From an uncultured Bacteroidales bacterium (GTDB taxonomy: Bacteria; Bacteroidota; Bacteroidia; Bacteroidales; UBA1402), in contig CAYPLF010000007.1 in assembly GCA_964411555.1 (NCBI GenBank), forward strand, positions 689 through 64,688: a stretch of DNA of 64,000 nucleotides, written 5' to 3'. The stretch's first letter is position 1. Each line of letters begins with the position of its first letter. The translations under genes and the position numbers were made by a program. Of this stretch, positions 46,913-58,882 are shown piece after piece. A model generated the notes under the pieces. That model had not been told where the DNA came from. It ran no database searches and saw nothing but the letters and a program-made list of their open reading frames with translations.

Positions 46913-48196
46913 ATGAACTATCAGGAAACCATCGAATTTCTATTCAACCAACTGCCTGTTTTTCAGAAAGAAGGAGCCTCCGCCTATAAACCAGGGCTGG
47001 ATACCATGCATCAACTGGATGCGTTGTTCGGATACCCCCACCGTCAGTATCCATGCATCCATGTAGCTGGAACGAACGGAAAAGGTTCGGTTTCTCACCT
47101 GACAGCCTCTGTGCTCCAGGAAGCCGGTTGGCGTGTGGGATTGTTTACTTCCCCCCACCTGAAGGATTTCAGGGAACGAATCCGTGTGAATGGCGTCCTG
47201 ATGCCGGAAACAGCTGTGACCGATTTTGTGGAACACTACCTGGGTTCCGATGCAACGTCCTTGAAACCCTCCTTTTTTGAACTGACCACGATGATGGCGT
47301 TCGATTGGTTCGCGAAACAGCAAGTAGACATAGCCGTCATTGAGGTAGGCTTGGGTGGACGCCTGGACAGTACCAACATCATTGAGCCCCTTGTCAGTGT
47401 GATTACCAACATCAGTTTCGACCACATGGCTTTACTGGGAAGCGATTTGGTCAGCATTGCCGGGGAAAAAGCCGGCATCATCAAACCGGGTGTTCCCGTG
47501 GTGGTTGGTCGGGCTGAAGAAGCCATACGACACGTATTCATGAAAAAGGCAGATATCTGTAAATCAACGCTTTGCATTTCAGAAGATACGTTCCGTGTTA
47601 CCATGACACCCTTTGGTGACTTAACGTTGATGAATGTGCGCGAAGGGGGGCAATTATTATATAAAGATATACCCTGCGCATTAAATGGATGGTATCAGGC
47701 TGATAATGTGGCAACTGTGCTCAGTGTAATGCGCCTATTGCCCAATTCGTGGCAGATTACGGAAGCAACTATTCGAAATGGATTCCGGAATGTCATACAC
47801 AATACAGGATTACGCGGGCGATGGGAAACCATCAGTATTGAACCGAGAATCATCTGTGACACAGGGCACAATGAGGACGGTATCCGCTTTGTGGTGCAAC
47901 AGCTTCAGGTTACACCTCACGAAGACCTGCATGTAGTCATCGGTATGGTCAACGACAAGGATTGCAACACGGTGTTGTCCCTGTTTCCCAAAGACGCAGT
48001 CTATTACTTCACCAAGGCGGCCATTCCACGTGCGTTACCCGAGCAAGAGCTGGCCAACATAGCCGCTGCCCACGGTTTGAAAGGAACCACCTACCCTTCC
48101 GTTAAAGCAGCGCTGGAGGCTGCAAAAAAAGCATGCCGCCCAAACGACTTGATTTTCGTGGGCGGCAGTACCTTTATCGTGGCCGAAGCCATCTGA
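46913..48196 (+). CDS. folC: Bifunctional folylpolyglutamate synthase / dihydrofolate synthase
   Basis: 427 aa from MNYQETIEFLFNQLPVFQKEG... P-loop HVAGTNGKGS, Mur-ligase family layout. The track's 5' extension is antisense to the EamA gene. Confidence 0.88.
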   Translation: MNYQETIEFLFNQLPVFQKEGASAYKPGLDTMHQLDALFGYPHRQYPCIHVAGTNGKGSVSHLTASVLQEAGWRVGLFTSPHLKDFRERIRVNGVLMPETAVTDFVEHYLGSDATSLKPSFFELTTMMAFDWFAKQQVDIAVIEVGLGGRLDSTNIIEPLVSVITNISFDHMALLGSDLVSIAGEKAGIIKPGVPVVVGRAEEAIRHVFMKKADICKSTLCISEDTFRVTMTPFGDLTLMNVREGGQLLYKDIPCALNGWYQADNVATVLSVMRLLPNSWQITEATIRNGFRNVIHNTGLRGRWETISIEPRIICDTGHNEDGIRFVVQQLQVTPHEDLHVVIGMVNDKDCNTVLSLFPKDAVYYFTKAAIPRALPEQELANIAAAHGLKGTTYPSVKAALEAAKKACRPNDLIFVGGSTFIVAEAI

Positions 48197-48203
48197 TTTC
48201 AAT

Positions 48204-48932
48204 TTATTCTTCGTCTTCGGAAGGTGCCATGTTGTGGTACACATTCGACACATCTTCGTCATCTTCCAATTTCTCAATCAACTTCTCAAGGGTGGCGCGT
48301 TGTTCGGCGTCCAGCTCCTTGGTGTCGTTCGGGAAGCGCTCAAATTCGGCCGAAACAATTTCAAATCCGTTGGATTCCAGGTAGTTCTGGATGCGGGCAA
48401 AATCTTCCGGTTGGCCGTAGATCACGATTTCGTTTTCGTCCATTTCCATTTCTTCGGCCCCGAAGTCAATCATTTCCAGTTCAAGCTCTTCAATATCGAT
48501 GCCCTCTTTGGGAACAATCTTGAATACGGACTTGCGGTCGAAAATGAACGAAAGACTACCTGACGTACCCAACGAACCTCCATGGCGGTTTAACGCGCTG
48601 CGCACATTGGCCACCGTACGGGTGGGATTGTCGGTCTGGGTTTCAACCAGGATAGCTATGCCAAAAGGCCCGTAGCCTTCGTACACCATGTCCTTGTAAT
48701 CGGCAAAGTCCTTGGAAACGGCCTTCTTGATGGCCCGTTCCACGTTGTCTTTTGGCATATTGGCGGCTTTGGCGTTCTGGATCAACACGCGCAACCGTGG
48801 ATTGGATTCTGGATCCGGTCCGGATGCTTTTACACAGATGGAGATTTCTTTTCCAATTTTGGTGAACGTGCGGGCCATGTTGCCCCAGCGTTTCATTTTT
48901 CTAGCTTTGCGGTATTCAAACGCTCTTCCCAT
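48204..48932 (-). CDS. yebC: YebC/PmpR-family DNA-binding transcriptional regulator
   Basis: MGRAFEYRKARKMKRWGNMARTFTK.. is the canonical YebC N-terminus; 242 aa. Confidence 0.9.
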   Translation of the reverse strand: MGRAFEYRKARKMKRWGNMARTFTKIGKEISICVKASGPDPESNPRLRVLIQNAKAANMPKDNVERAIKKAVSKDFADYKDMVYEGYGPFGIAILVETQTDNPTRTVANVRSALNRHGGSLGTSGSLSFIFDRKSVFKIVPKEGIDIEELELEMIDFGAEEMEMDENEIVIYGQPEDFARIQNYLESNGFEIVSAEFERFPNDTKELDAEQRATLEKLIEKLEDDEDVSNVYHNMAPSEDEE

Positions 48933-48950
48933 AATACATTTTTTTGGCTC

Positions 48951-51410
48951 CTATCGAAGTGAGGCGCCCAGTTGAACTTCAAATTGTTTCACCAACTTAC
49001 CCATGACGGCGTCAATCTTGCTGTCCGTCAAGGTTTGAGTCATGTCTTGCAAGACAAAGTTGACCGCATAGGATTTTTTGCCTTCCGGCAGGTTCTTGCC
49101 TTCATACACGTCGAACAATGACACCGATTGCAGCAACTTGCGTTCCGTGTTGAATGCCACCTGTTCAATGTCTTCAAAACGGACGGATTTGTCAATCAGC
49201 AGCGCGAGGTCTCGTTTCACATCCGGAAACCGGGAAATTTCGGAGAACTGCACGGCGTGGTTTGACAGGGTCTTCAGCACAACATTCCAGTGGATGTCTG
49301 CGTAGAATACGGGCACATCGATGTCAAAAGGTTTCAGGATTTTATCGTGTACCTGACCCAATTGAGCCAGTATGGTTCCGTTTTTCAAGGTGTAGGTCAG
49401 CGAGTGGGCAAATACTTCATCGCCGCCTTCAGCCAGGCTGATGCGGTTGCGGCTTATGCCCAAACGTGCAAACACGTTTTCCACCATGGCTTTCAGGTCG
49501 TAAGCGCTGACCTTCGACTGTGGCCCGGACCAGTTCTTTTCCTGCTTGAACCCAGTCATCCACAGGCCCAGGTGCATGGATTCGTTGAACCTAGACAAGG
49601 TCTCTCCTTCTTTCCGCGCATCCGCATCGTAGCGGTAACAGTTGCCGAATTCATAGAAAGCAAGGTCGGTGCGGCGGCGGTTCCTGTTGTGCGAAATGCT
49701 TTCCAACCCACCAAAGAGCAGGGTTTGGCGCATCACATTCAGGTCGTTGCTCAACGGGTTGAGCAGGTGTACACAGTTCGGTTCCGGCATATCGGTCAAG
49801 GCTGCATAATAAGAGGCAGCCGTGAGCGAGTTGTTCAGTATTTCATTAAAACCGTTGGCCGTGAGTTGTTCAGCTATCAGGTTGGTCAACCGGTGATTGT
49901 CCGGCTTGACGGCGCTGGAAATGGTGGAACGGATGGTTGATGTAAATTCCACATTGTTGTAACCGTAGATGCGCAGGATGTCCTCGATGACATCCACATC
50001 GCGTTGTACGTCCACCCGGTATGCCGGTACGGTCAGTTCCAACACATCCCCGGTTGACGCGTCGATGGAAATTTCCAAGGCTTTCAGTATGGAAATAACG
50101 GTGTCGCGTTCCAATGACTTGCCAATCAGGGTATTGACCTTGTTCAAGCTCAAAGAAACCTTGAAGCCTTCATTGGGGTTCGGATAGATATCCACCACGT
50201 CTGAACTGACGTTGCCGCCGGTCAGTTCCTGAATCATCAGGGCGGCACGTTTCAGCACATAAACGGTGTTATTGATATCTATGCCGCGTTCGAAGCGGAA
50301 GGATGAATCGGTGTTCAGTCCGTGGCGACGGGCAGTCTTACGCACAGAAACGGGATTGAAACAGGCCGATTCGATGAATACGCGGGTGGTGCTTTCGGTT
50401 ACGCCCGAATCCAGACCGCCGAACACACCGGCTATACACATGGGTTCGTCGGCGTTGCAAATCATCAGGTCGGCAGCGTCCAGGTTGCGTTCTACCCCAT
50501 CCAGGGTGGTGAATTTCGTGCCGGCTTCCACGGTACGGACACGCACCAGGTTGCCCTTGATTTTGTCGGCATCGAATGCGTGCAGGGGTTGACCCATTTC
50601 GTGCAACAGGTAGTTGGTGACGTCGACAACGCTGTTGATGGGGCGTATGCCAATCAGTTGCAGGCGTTCCTTCAGCCATTTGGGCGATTCGCCTACACGT
50701 ACGCCTGAAACAGTCACGCCGGAATAGCGTAGGCAAGCGTCGGTGTTTTCCACCTGTACGGCAACAGGATTTTCAATGGCACCCAACTTGAATGCATCAA
50801 CGGAGGGTTTTACCAAGGTGACAGAAGGGTCAGACTGTTTCAACAAGGCGGCCAGGTCTCTGGCTACGCCAAAGTGGGATGCGGCATCTGCCCGGTTGGG
50901 GGTGATATCCACTTCCAGCACGTATTCTTTTCGGATGCCGTAGTAATCGCTAGCCTTCATACCCACCTGAGCCGTTTCGGGCAATACGATGATGCCGTCG
51001 TGGCTGGTTCCCAAGCCTATTTCGTCTTCGGCACAGATCATGCCGAACGATTCCTGACCGCGTATCTTGGAGCGCTTGATGGTAAAGCATTCGTCACCGC
51101 TGTACAGTTTCGTACCTATGGTGGCTACGATAACTTTTTGGCCGGCGTCCACATTGGGTGCGCCGCACACAATCGTAAGCGGTTCCTCGCCCCCTACGTT
51201 CACGGTGGTTACGTGAAGGTGGTCTGAATCAGGATGTGATACGCAGGTCAGCACTTCACCAATGACCAAGCCTTCCAGCCCGCCTTTAATGGTTTCCACT
51301 TCTTCTACCGGACCGTTTTCCAACCCGATGGAGGTCAGAGCTACGGCTGTCTCGTCGGGCGACAACGAGAACGGCAATAAAGATTTTAACCAACTGTAAG
51401 AAATATTCAT
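48951..51410 (-). CDS. pheT: Phenylalanine-tRNA ligase beta subunit
   Basis: 819 aa. MNISYSWLKSLLP.., tRNA-binding, B3/4, B5 and FDX-ACB domain order. Confidence 0.93.
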   Translation of the reverse strand: MNISYSWLKSLLPFSLSPDETAVALTSIGLENGPVEEVETIKGGLEGLVIGEVLTCVSHPDSDHLHVTTVNVGGEEPLTIVCGAPNVDAGQKVIVATIGTKLYSGDECFTIKRSKIRGQESFGMICAEDEIGLGTSHDGIIVLPETAQVGMKASDYYGIRKEYVLEVDITPNRADAASHFGVARDLAALLKQSDPSVTLVKPSVDAFKLGAIENPVAVQVENTDACLRYSGVTVSGVRVGESPKWLKERLQLIGIRPINSVVDVTNYLLHEMGQPLHAFDADKIKGNLVRVRTVEAGTKFTTLDGVERNLDAADLMICNADEPMCIAGVFGGLDSGVTESTTRVFIESACFNPVSVRKTARRHGLNTDSSFRFERGIDINNTVYVLKRAALMIQELTGGNVSSDVVDIYPNPNEGFKVSLSLNKVNTLIGKSLERDTVISILKALEISIDASTGDVLELTVPAYRVDVQRDVDVIEDILRIYGYNNVEFTSTIRSTISSAVKPDNHRLTNLIAEQLTANGFNEILNNSLTAASYYAALTDMPEPNCVHLLNPLSNDLNVMRQTLLFGGLESISHNRNRRRTDLAFYEFGNCYRYDADARKEGETLSRFNESMHLGLWMTGFKQEKNWSGPQSKVSAYDLKAMVENVFARLGISRNRISLAEGGDEVFAHSLTYTLKNGTILAQLGQVHDKILKPFDIDVPVFYADIHWNVVLKTLSNHAVQFSEISRFPDVKRDLALLIDKSVRFEDIEQVAFNTERKLLQSVSLFDVYEGKNLPEGKKSYAVNFVLQDMTQTLTDSKIDAVMGKLVKQFEVQLGASLR

Positions 51411-51414
51411 ACGA

Positions 51415-52308
51415 TCAATACTTAATGTTCAGTTCCTTGAGTACGGTGCTGATTTTCTCGTACGTGGTGATACGGGTGGGAACCAGCGGCAACCTCAGTT
51501 TATTTTCAATCATGCCCATGGCGTTCAACATACACTTGACTCCTGCCGGATTGCCATCCACGAACAGCAGGTTGAACAATTCGGTGAACCGGTGGTGGAT
51601 TTCAAGGGCGTTGGCATAATCACCGGACAAAGCCAGTCTGACCATACGGCTGAATTCGCGGGGAAAGGCGTTTCCAATGACCGAGATGACACCCACGGCT
51701 CCCAGGGTGATCAACGGGAACGTAATGCCGTCGTCGCCTGAAATGACCATGAAATTGGCCGGTTTGTTCTTGATGATTTCATCCATTTGCGTGATGTTGC
51801 CGGACGCTTCCTTGATGGCCACAATGTTGGAAAACTCCCTGGCCAGTCTCAAGGTAGTTTCAGCTGTCATGTTGATGCCGGTACGGCCGGGTACATTGTA
51901 CAAGATGACAGGCAATTGGGTGTTGGTCGCTATGGCCCGGTAATGTTGGTACAAACCTTCCTGGGAGGGCTTGTTGTAATAGGGCGTTACAGACAGGATG
52001 GCATCCACACTTGTAAAATCACGGGTCCGCAATTCTTCAACCACGGCACGCGTGCAATTGCCTCCCACACCCAACACGATGGGCACCCTACCGTTGACTT
52101 TTTCAATGACAAAGGCACTGACGTCATGTCGTTCTACTTCCGTCAATGTGGCGGTTTCCGCCGTTGTTCCCAAAACAACCAGGTAATCAATCCCATGTCG
52201 AATTTGGTATTCAATCAGGCGTCCCAGAGCGGGATAATCAACGCTTTCATCTTCCTTGAAAGGAGTGATCAGCGCCACTCCCATACCTGTCAGTTTCGAA
52301 TTTATCAT
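51415..52308 (-). CDS. dapA: 4-hydroxy-tetrahydrodipicolinate synthase
   Basis: 297 aa. GMGVALITPF.., ..LGTTAE.., ..YNVPGRTG.., ..IKEASG... Confidence 0.92.
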   Translation of the reverse strand: MINSKLTGMGVALITPFKEDESVDYPALGRLIEYQIRHGIDYLVVLGTTAETATLTEVERHDVSAFVIEKVNGRVPIVLGVGGNCTRAVVEELRTRDFTSVDAILSVTPYYNKPSQEGLYQHYRAIATNTQLPVILYNVPGRTGINMTAETTLRLAREFSNIVAIKEASGNITQMDEIIKNKPANFMVISGDDGITFPLITLGAVGVISVIGNAFPREFSRMVRLALSGDYANALEIHHRFTELFNLLFVDGNPAGVKCMLNAMGMIENKLRLPLVPTRITTYEKISTVLKELNIKY

Positions 52309-52402
52309 GCTGTGCCGGCTGTTGGTCGGGTAAAAAAAAGTTTGTACTCCTCATAGCATACAAGCTTTCTGAGGGGCAAAAACGGTGGACAAAAGTACAA
52401 AA

Positions 52403-55046
<2,644 letters not shown>

Positions 55047-55054
55047 CTACACGT

Positions 55055-57085
55055 ATGTCGTTGCGTTCAACCCTGTTTCTTTTAGTGACAGCCTTGTGCA
55101 TCAGCCTTCCTGTCTGGTCGCAATACACCATTGAAGAGGCTACTGCCATTTCGGAACGGCTGATACGGGAAGAAGAGGAAAAAAGGAAAATCCAGCCTGG
55201 ATATCAAGCTTCCCAGGCTGACAGTGCGCGGATACGATACATCACGATTGATCCAGTTTTGGGCATGCACTCATCGACAGGTCCTGACACCCTGTCATTG
55301 GATTTTCAAAACAACACTTTTCCTGAACGCAACAAGACGATTGCCGGGTTGCACACGGGCAGTTTCGGATCACCCTTCCAATCGAAGATATACACACAGC
55401 AAACGGAATACAGTCCATTCCTGTTTATGCGCTCGTATGAACAATGGCTGACGGATCCCGCTTCGTTTACATACATGAATACGACCAAACCGTATACAAA
55501 CCTCAGTTATTTCAGCACGTTTGGAAATGAACAATCGCAGGAAGAAAATTTCAAGTATTATGTTTCGGCCAATGCCAACAAATACTTGAATCTGGGTGCC
55601 AGTTTTGAAATCTTGTACGCACGAGGATTTTATCACAGAAGTTCTACCCGCGGCAAGTTGGCTAATGTGTTCGGTAATTACCAAAGCCCTCGTTACGAGG
55701 CTTTTTGGCGCGGTTCATACAACACGCTGGAAAATATGGAAAATGGGGGTATCATTGATACGCGCTACATTACCGACCCCCTGCAAATGAGCGGTGGCTT
55801 GCGTGAATACGAAAGCATGAACATTCCCACCCATTTGAATGATGCACGTAGCAAGCTAAAGAATCTGCAGTTGTTTTTCAACCATAAATACCACATTGGT
55901 TTTGAGCGTACCGAAAAAACAGATTCCACCAAGAAAAATTTTGTTCCGGTGACCAGCATCATCCATACATTGTTCATTGACAGAAGTCAACGCAACTACC
56001 TGTCGGAGACGGCCAATCTGTCCTATTATGATTCCATAGCGAACATCAGCCCCGCTTTCACCGCAGATACAGCTGCCCTTTTCCATATTCGCAATACAGT
56101 AGGCTTGTCATTGCGGGAAGGGTTTCACTCGTGGGCAAAGATGGGACTCACAGCTTTCATTGAACATGATTTTCGGAAATACACCGGGCTGGCGGCCAAC
56201 GCTCCGTTAAAAGACAGTACCAACGTGTTCAGCGGTTGGCAGTCGCACAATGAGAACCTCCTCTGGGGATGTGTCGAGCTGAGTAAGCAACAAGGTTCCG
56301 TATTGACCTACAGTGTTATGGGAAAGCTCTGCATATTGGGCGAAGATATTGGTAATTACGAACTTAGCGGTAAGTTGCAAACCAATCTGTTGTTGTGGAA
56401 ACATCCGGTTCAACTGCAGGCTGGTGGATACATGAAGTACCTGAAGCCCGATTATTTTCTGGAAACGTATTATTCCAACCATTTCAACTGGAACAATCCG
56501 TTGAAGAACGAGTATAAGACCCGCATATACGGAACGCTTGACATACCGGAACTGGGTTTTCGTTTCAATGCTACGGTTGAAAACCTCAACCACCTGGTTT
56601 ATTTCAATACCTCGGCCATACCGACACAACACAGTGGGAACATCCAGGTGGTCTCTGCCAACTGGAAACAACACCTGGCGTGGGGTATCCTCAATTGGGA
56701 CAATGACTTGGTGTATCAGGTATCCAGTCAACCCGACATACTGCCCCTCCCCGATTTGACGGTTTATTCCAACCTGTATGTGAAAGGTACGTTGAGCAAG
56801 GTGCTATTATCTCATTTGGGTGTGGATTGCCGCTACCACACGACCTATTATGCTCCTGCATATATGCCGGCTACCGGAATGTTCCATACGCAAAACACCG
56901 TCAAAATAGGCAATTATCCGTATATGAATGCTTATGTGAACTTTCACTTGAAACGGATGCGTTTCTTTGTCATGTATTCGCACGTCAGCCGTTTCTTTGC
57001 CGACCCCAACTATTTTTCTGCGCCGTATTACCCCATGAATCCGGCTATCATAAAAGCCGGTTTATCCTGGAATTTTTATGATTAA
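55055..57085 (+). CDS. Large outer-membrane beta-barrel protein (putative-porin family-like)
   Basis: 676 aa. Signal peptide, an aromatic/Asn/Tyr-rich alternating pattern throughout, and a C-terminal ..GLSWNFYD. The family name is from memory only. Confidence 0.5.
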   Translation: MSLRSTLFLLVTALCISLPVWSQYTIEEATAISERLIREEEEKRKIQPGYQASQADSARIRYITIDPVLGMHSSTGPDTLSLDFQNNTFPERNKTIAGLHTGSFGSPFQSKIYTQQTEYSPFLFMRSYEQWLTDPASFTYMNTTKPYTNLSYFSTFGNEQSQEENFKYYVSANANKYLNLGASFEILYARGFYHRSSTRGKLANVFGNYQSPRYEAFWRGSYNTLENMENGGIIDTRYITDPLQMSGGLREYESMNIPTHLNDARSKLKNLQLFFNHKYHIGFERTEKTDSTKKNFVPVTSIIHTLFIDRSQRNYLSETANLSYYDSIANISPAFTADTAALFHIRNTVGLSLREGFHSWAKMGLTAFIEHDFRKYTGLAANAPLKDSTNVFSGWQSHNENLLWGCVELSKQQGSVLTYSVMGKLCILGEDIGNYELSGKLQTNLLLWKHPVQLQAGGYMKYLKPDYFLETYYSNHFNWNNPLKNEYKTRIYGTLDIPELGFRFNATVENLNHLVYFNTSAIPTQHSGNIQVVSANWKQHLAWGILNWDNDLVYQVSSQPDILPLPDLTVYSNLYVKGTLSKVLLSHLGVDCRYHTTYYAPAYMPATGMFHTQNTVKIGNYPYMNAYVNFHLKRMRFFVMYSHVSRFFADPNYFSAPYYPMNPAIIKAGLSWNFYD

Positions 57086-57854
57086 GCCGCGTGCCATATC
57101 GTGGGGGTTGATCATCCTGTTTGTTGTTGGATGGGCAGCTTTTTATCTGGTCAGGTTGCAACAGGTCAAACCTACGGCTGAAAACGATTTCAGTGGCATC
57201 AAGCAGAGGGGTGAATTGCGTGTTTGCGGGGAATATGATCCGTTCAGTTTTTACACCGATGCTTCCGGTCAGCACGGATTTCACTATGAAATCATCCAAG
57301 CTTTTGCGTCGAAGCATCGGTTGAAATTGGTGTACTTGTACGAAGGAAATTTCGAACGTAGGTTGAAATGGCTGGAATCGGGTGTCTGTGATGTGTTGAC
57401 GGGCCCCTTGCCTGTCATTTCGTCCTTGAAGAAACGTATTGATTATACCATTCCTTTATATTCGTCTCGTTTAGTATTGATTCAACGATCATCGGATACT
57501 CCCATCCGCAATCAGGTGGATTTGGGCGGTCAACGGGTGGCCTTGCCTGCTTTTTCTCCTCATATGCTGCGTATCAATCACCTGGCTGTTGAAATCAGTG
57601 ATTCCATTTTTATCAAGCCGATCAGGGTTTTCACTAATGAAGAATTGGTCAAAATGGTTCTTTCCGGCAAGGAGGATTTTGCTGCCATGGATGAACGGGT
57701 GGCCAGGTCTCTGAAAGTCAACTACCCGAATTTGGATTGTTCTTCGCCACTGAGTATGCCTCAGTTTCAGGCATGGGCGGTTCGTCCCGGCTCCAAGGCG
57801 CTATTGGACAGTTTAAACACCTTTATCGAGTCGTTGTTGCCATTTCCAGGCTGA
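57078..57854 (+). CDS. Membrane-anchored solute-binding-protein family 3 (SBP_bac_3)-like domain protein
   Basis: 258 aa. N-terminal TM anchor, then ..IKQRGELRVCGEYDPFSFY..GFHYEIIQAFA... The start overlaps the porin-like gene's stop (ATGATTAA). Confidence 0.6.
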   Translation: MIKPRAISWGLIILFVVGWAAFYLVRLQQVKPTAENDFSGIKQRGELRVCGEYDPFSFYTDASGQHGFHYEIIQAFASKHRLKLVYLYEGNFERRLKWLESGVCDVLTGPLPVISSLKKRIDYTIPLYSSRLVLIQRSSDTPIRNQVDLGGQRVALPAFSPHMLRINHLAVEISDSIFIKPIRVFTNEELVKMVLSGKEDFAAMDERVARSLKVNYPNLDCSSPLSMPQFQAWAVRPGSKALLDSLNTFIESLLPFPG

Positions 57855-58841
57855 AAGAAGGGTGTCTTCCACTGACGTTTCAGCCTTCCAACCCAGGACC
57901 TTGTTGGCCCGTTCAGGATCAGCCCAAACCTGCTCAATATCACCTTCCCTGCGCGCAACAATTTCGTAATTCAGCTTAACACCCGTAACCTGTTCAAATG
58001 TCTTGATAATTTCAAGTACAGAAAGCCCCCTACCCGTTCCAAGATTGAATAGTTCAACCGGAGCTTCCATTTTATTCTCCAACAAGCGTTTTACTGCAAT
58101 CACGTGAGCCTTGGCCAAATCAACCACATGGATGTAATCACGGATGCAGGAACCATCCGGAGTAGCATAATCGTTGCCGAACACACGCAACTTTTCCCGG
58201 ATGCCGGCAGCTGTCTGAGTGACAAACGGAATCAGGTTTTGCGGAACTCCCAGGGGTAATTCTCCAATCTGTGCTGAAGGATGAGCCCCGATGGGATTGA
58301 AATACCGCAAAATGACAGATCGGTACGGCAATCCTGCGTAGGTGGCATCACGGATGATTTCTTCACCGATTTGCTTGGTATTTCCGTAGGGGGACATGGC
58401 CGGTTTCACCGGTGCATCTTCAGTAACCGGCAATAAATCCGGTTGTCCGTATACCGTACAAGAAGAGGAAAAAACAAAGCCTTTGCCTCCGTTTTCGGAC
58501 AGCAAGCTCATAACGGTCATTAAGGACAGTAAATTGTTCCGGTAATATGCCATGGGTTTTTCCACCGATTCGCCTACTGCTTTGTACGCCGCAAAGTGGA
58601 TGGCGCCTGAAATGGGCGCATGTGCTTTAAAGACAGCTTTCATGGCCGAAGAATCGGAACAATCGCAGACTTCCAGAGGAGGTCTCACACCCGTAATGGC
58701 TTGTATACCATCGAGGACGGCAGCATTGGAGTTCGAAAGATTATCAACAATGACTACCTCATAACCGGCTTCAATCAATTCTACCACTGTATGGGAGCCT
58801 ATGTATCCCGTACCCCCTGTTACTAAAATTCTGTCTTTCAT
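57813..58841 (-). CDS. galE: UDP-glucose 4-epimerase
   Basis: 342 aa from MKDRILVTGGTGYIGSH... SSSCTVYG and YGNTK catalytic motifs. Confidence 0.9.
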   Translation of the reverse strand: MKDRILVTGGTGYIGSHTVVELIEAGYEVVIVDNLSNSNAAVLDGIQAITGVRPPLEVCDCSDSSAMKAVFKAHAPISGAIHFAAYKAVGESVEKPMAYYRNNLLSLMTVMSLLSENGGKGFVFSSSCTVYGQPDLLPVTEDAPVKPAMSPYGNTKQIGEEIIRDATYAGLPYRSVILRYFNPIGAHPSAQIGELPLGVPQNLIPFVTQTAAGIREKLRVFGNDYATPDGSCIRDYIHVVDLAKAHVIAVKRLLENKMEAPVELFNLGTGRGLSVLEIIKTFEQVTGVKLNYEIVARREGDIEQVWADPERANKVLGWKAETSVEDTLLSAWKWQQRLDKGV

Positions 58842-58868
58842 TGCACAGTAGCGTTCATGTATTTTTTG

Positions 58869-58876
58869 CAAATATA
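58869..58876 (-). promoter_or_regulatory. -7 promoter box (TATATTTG on the minus strand) for galE
   Basis: Exact TAnnTTTG; 27 nt lie between the box and the ATG at 58841. Confidence 0.5.
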
Positions 58877-58882
58877 CACAAT

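Noticed and set aside
52309-52402. Possible lysine riboswitch upstream of dapA
   Set aside because: The leader is only 94 nt and contains just promoter boxes and one 5-bp hairpin. That is far too short and unstructured for an L-box.
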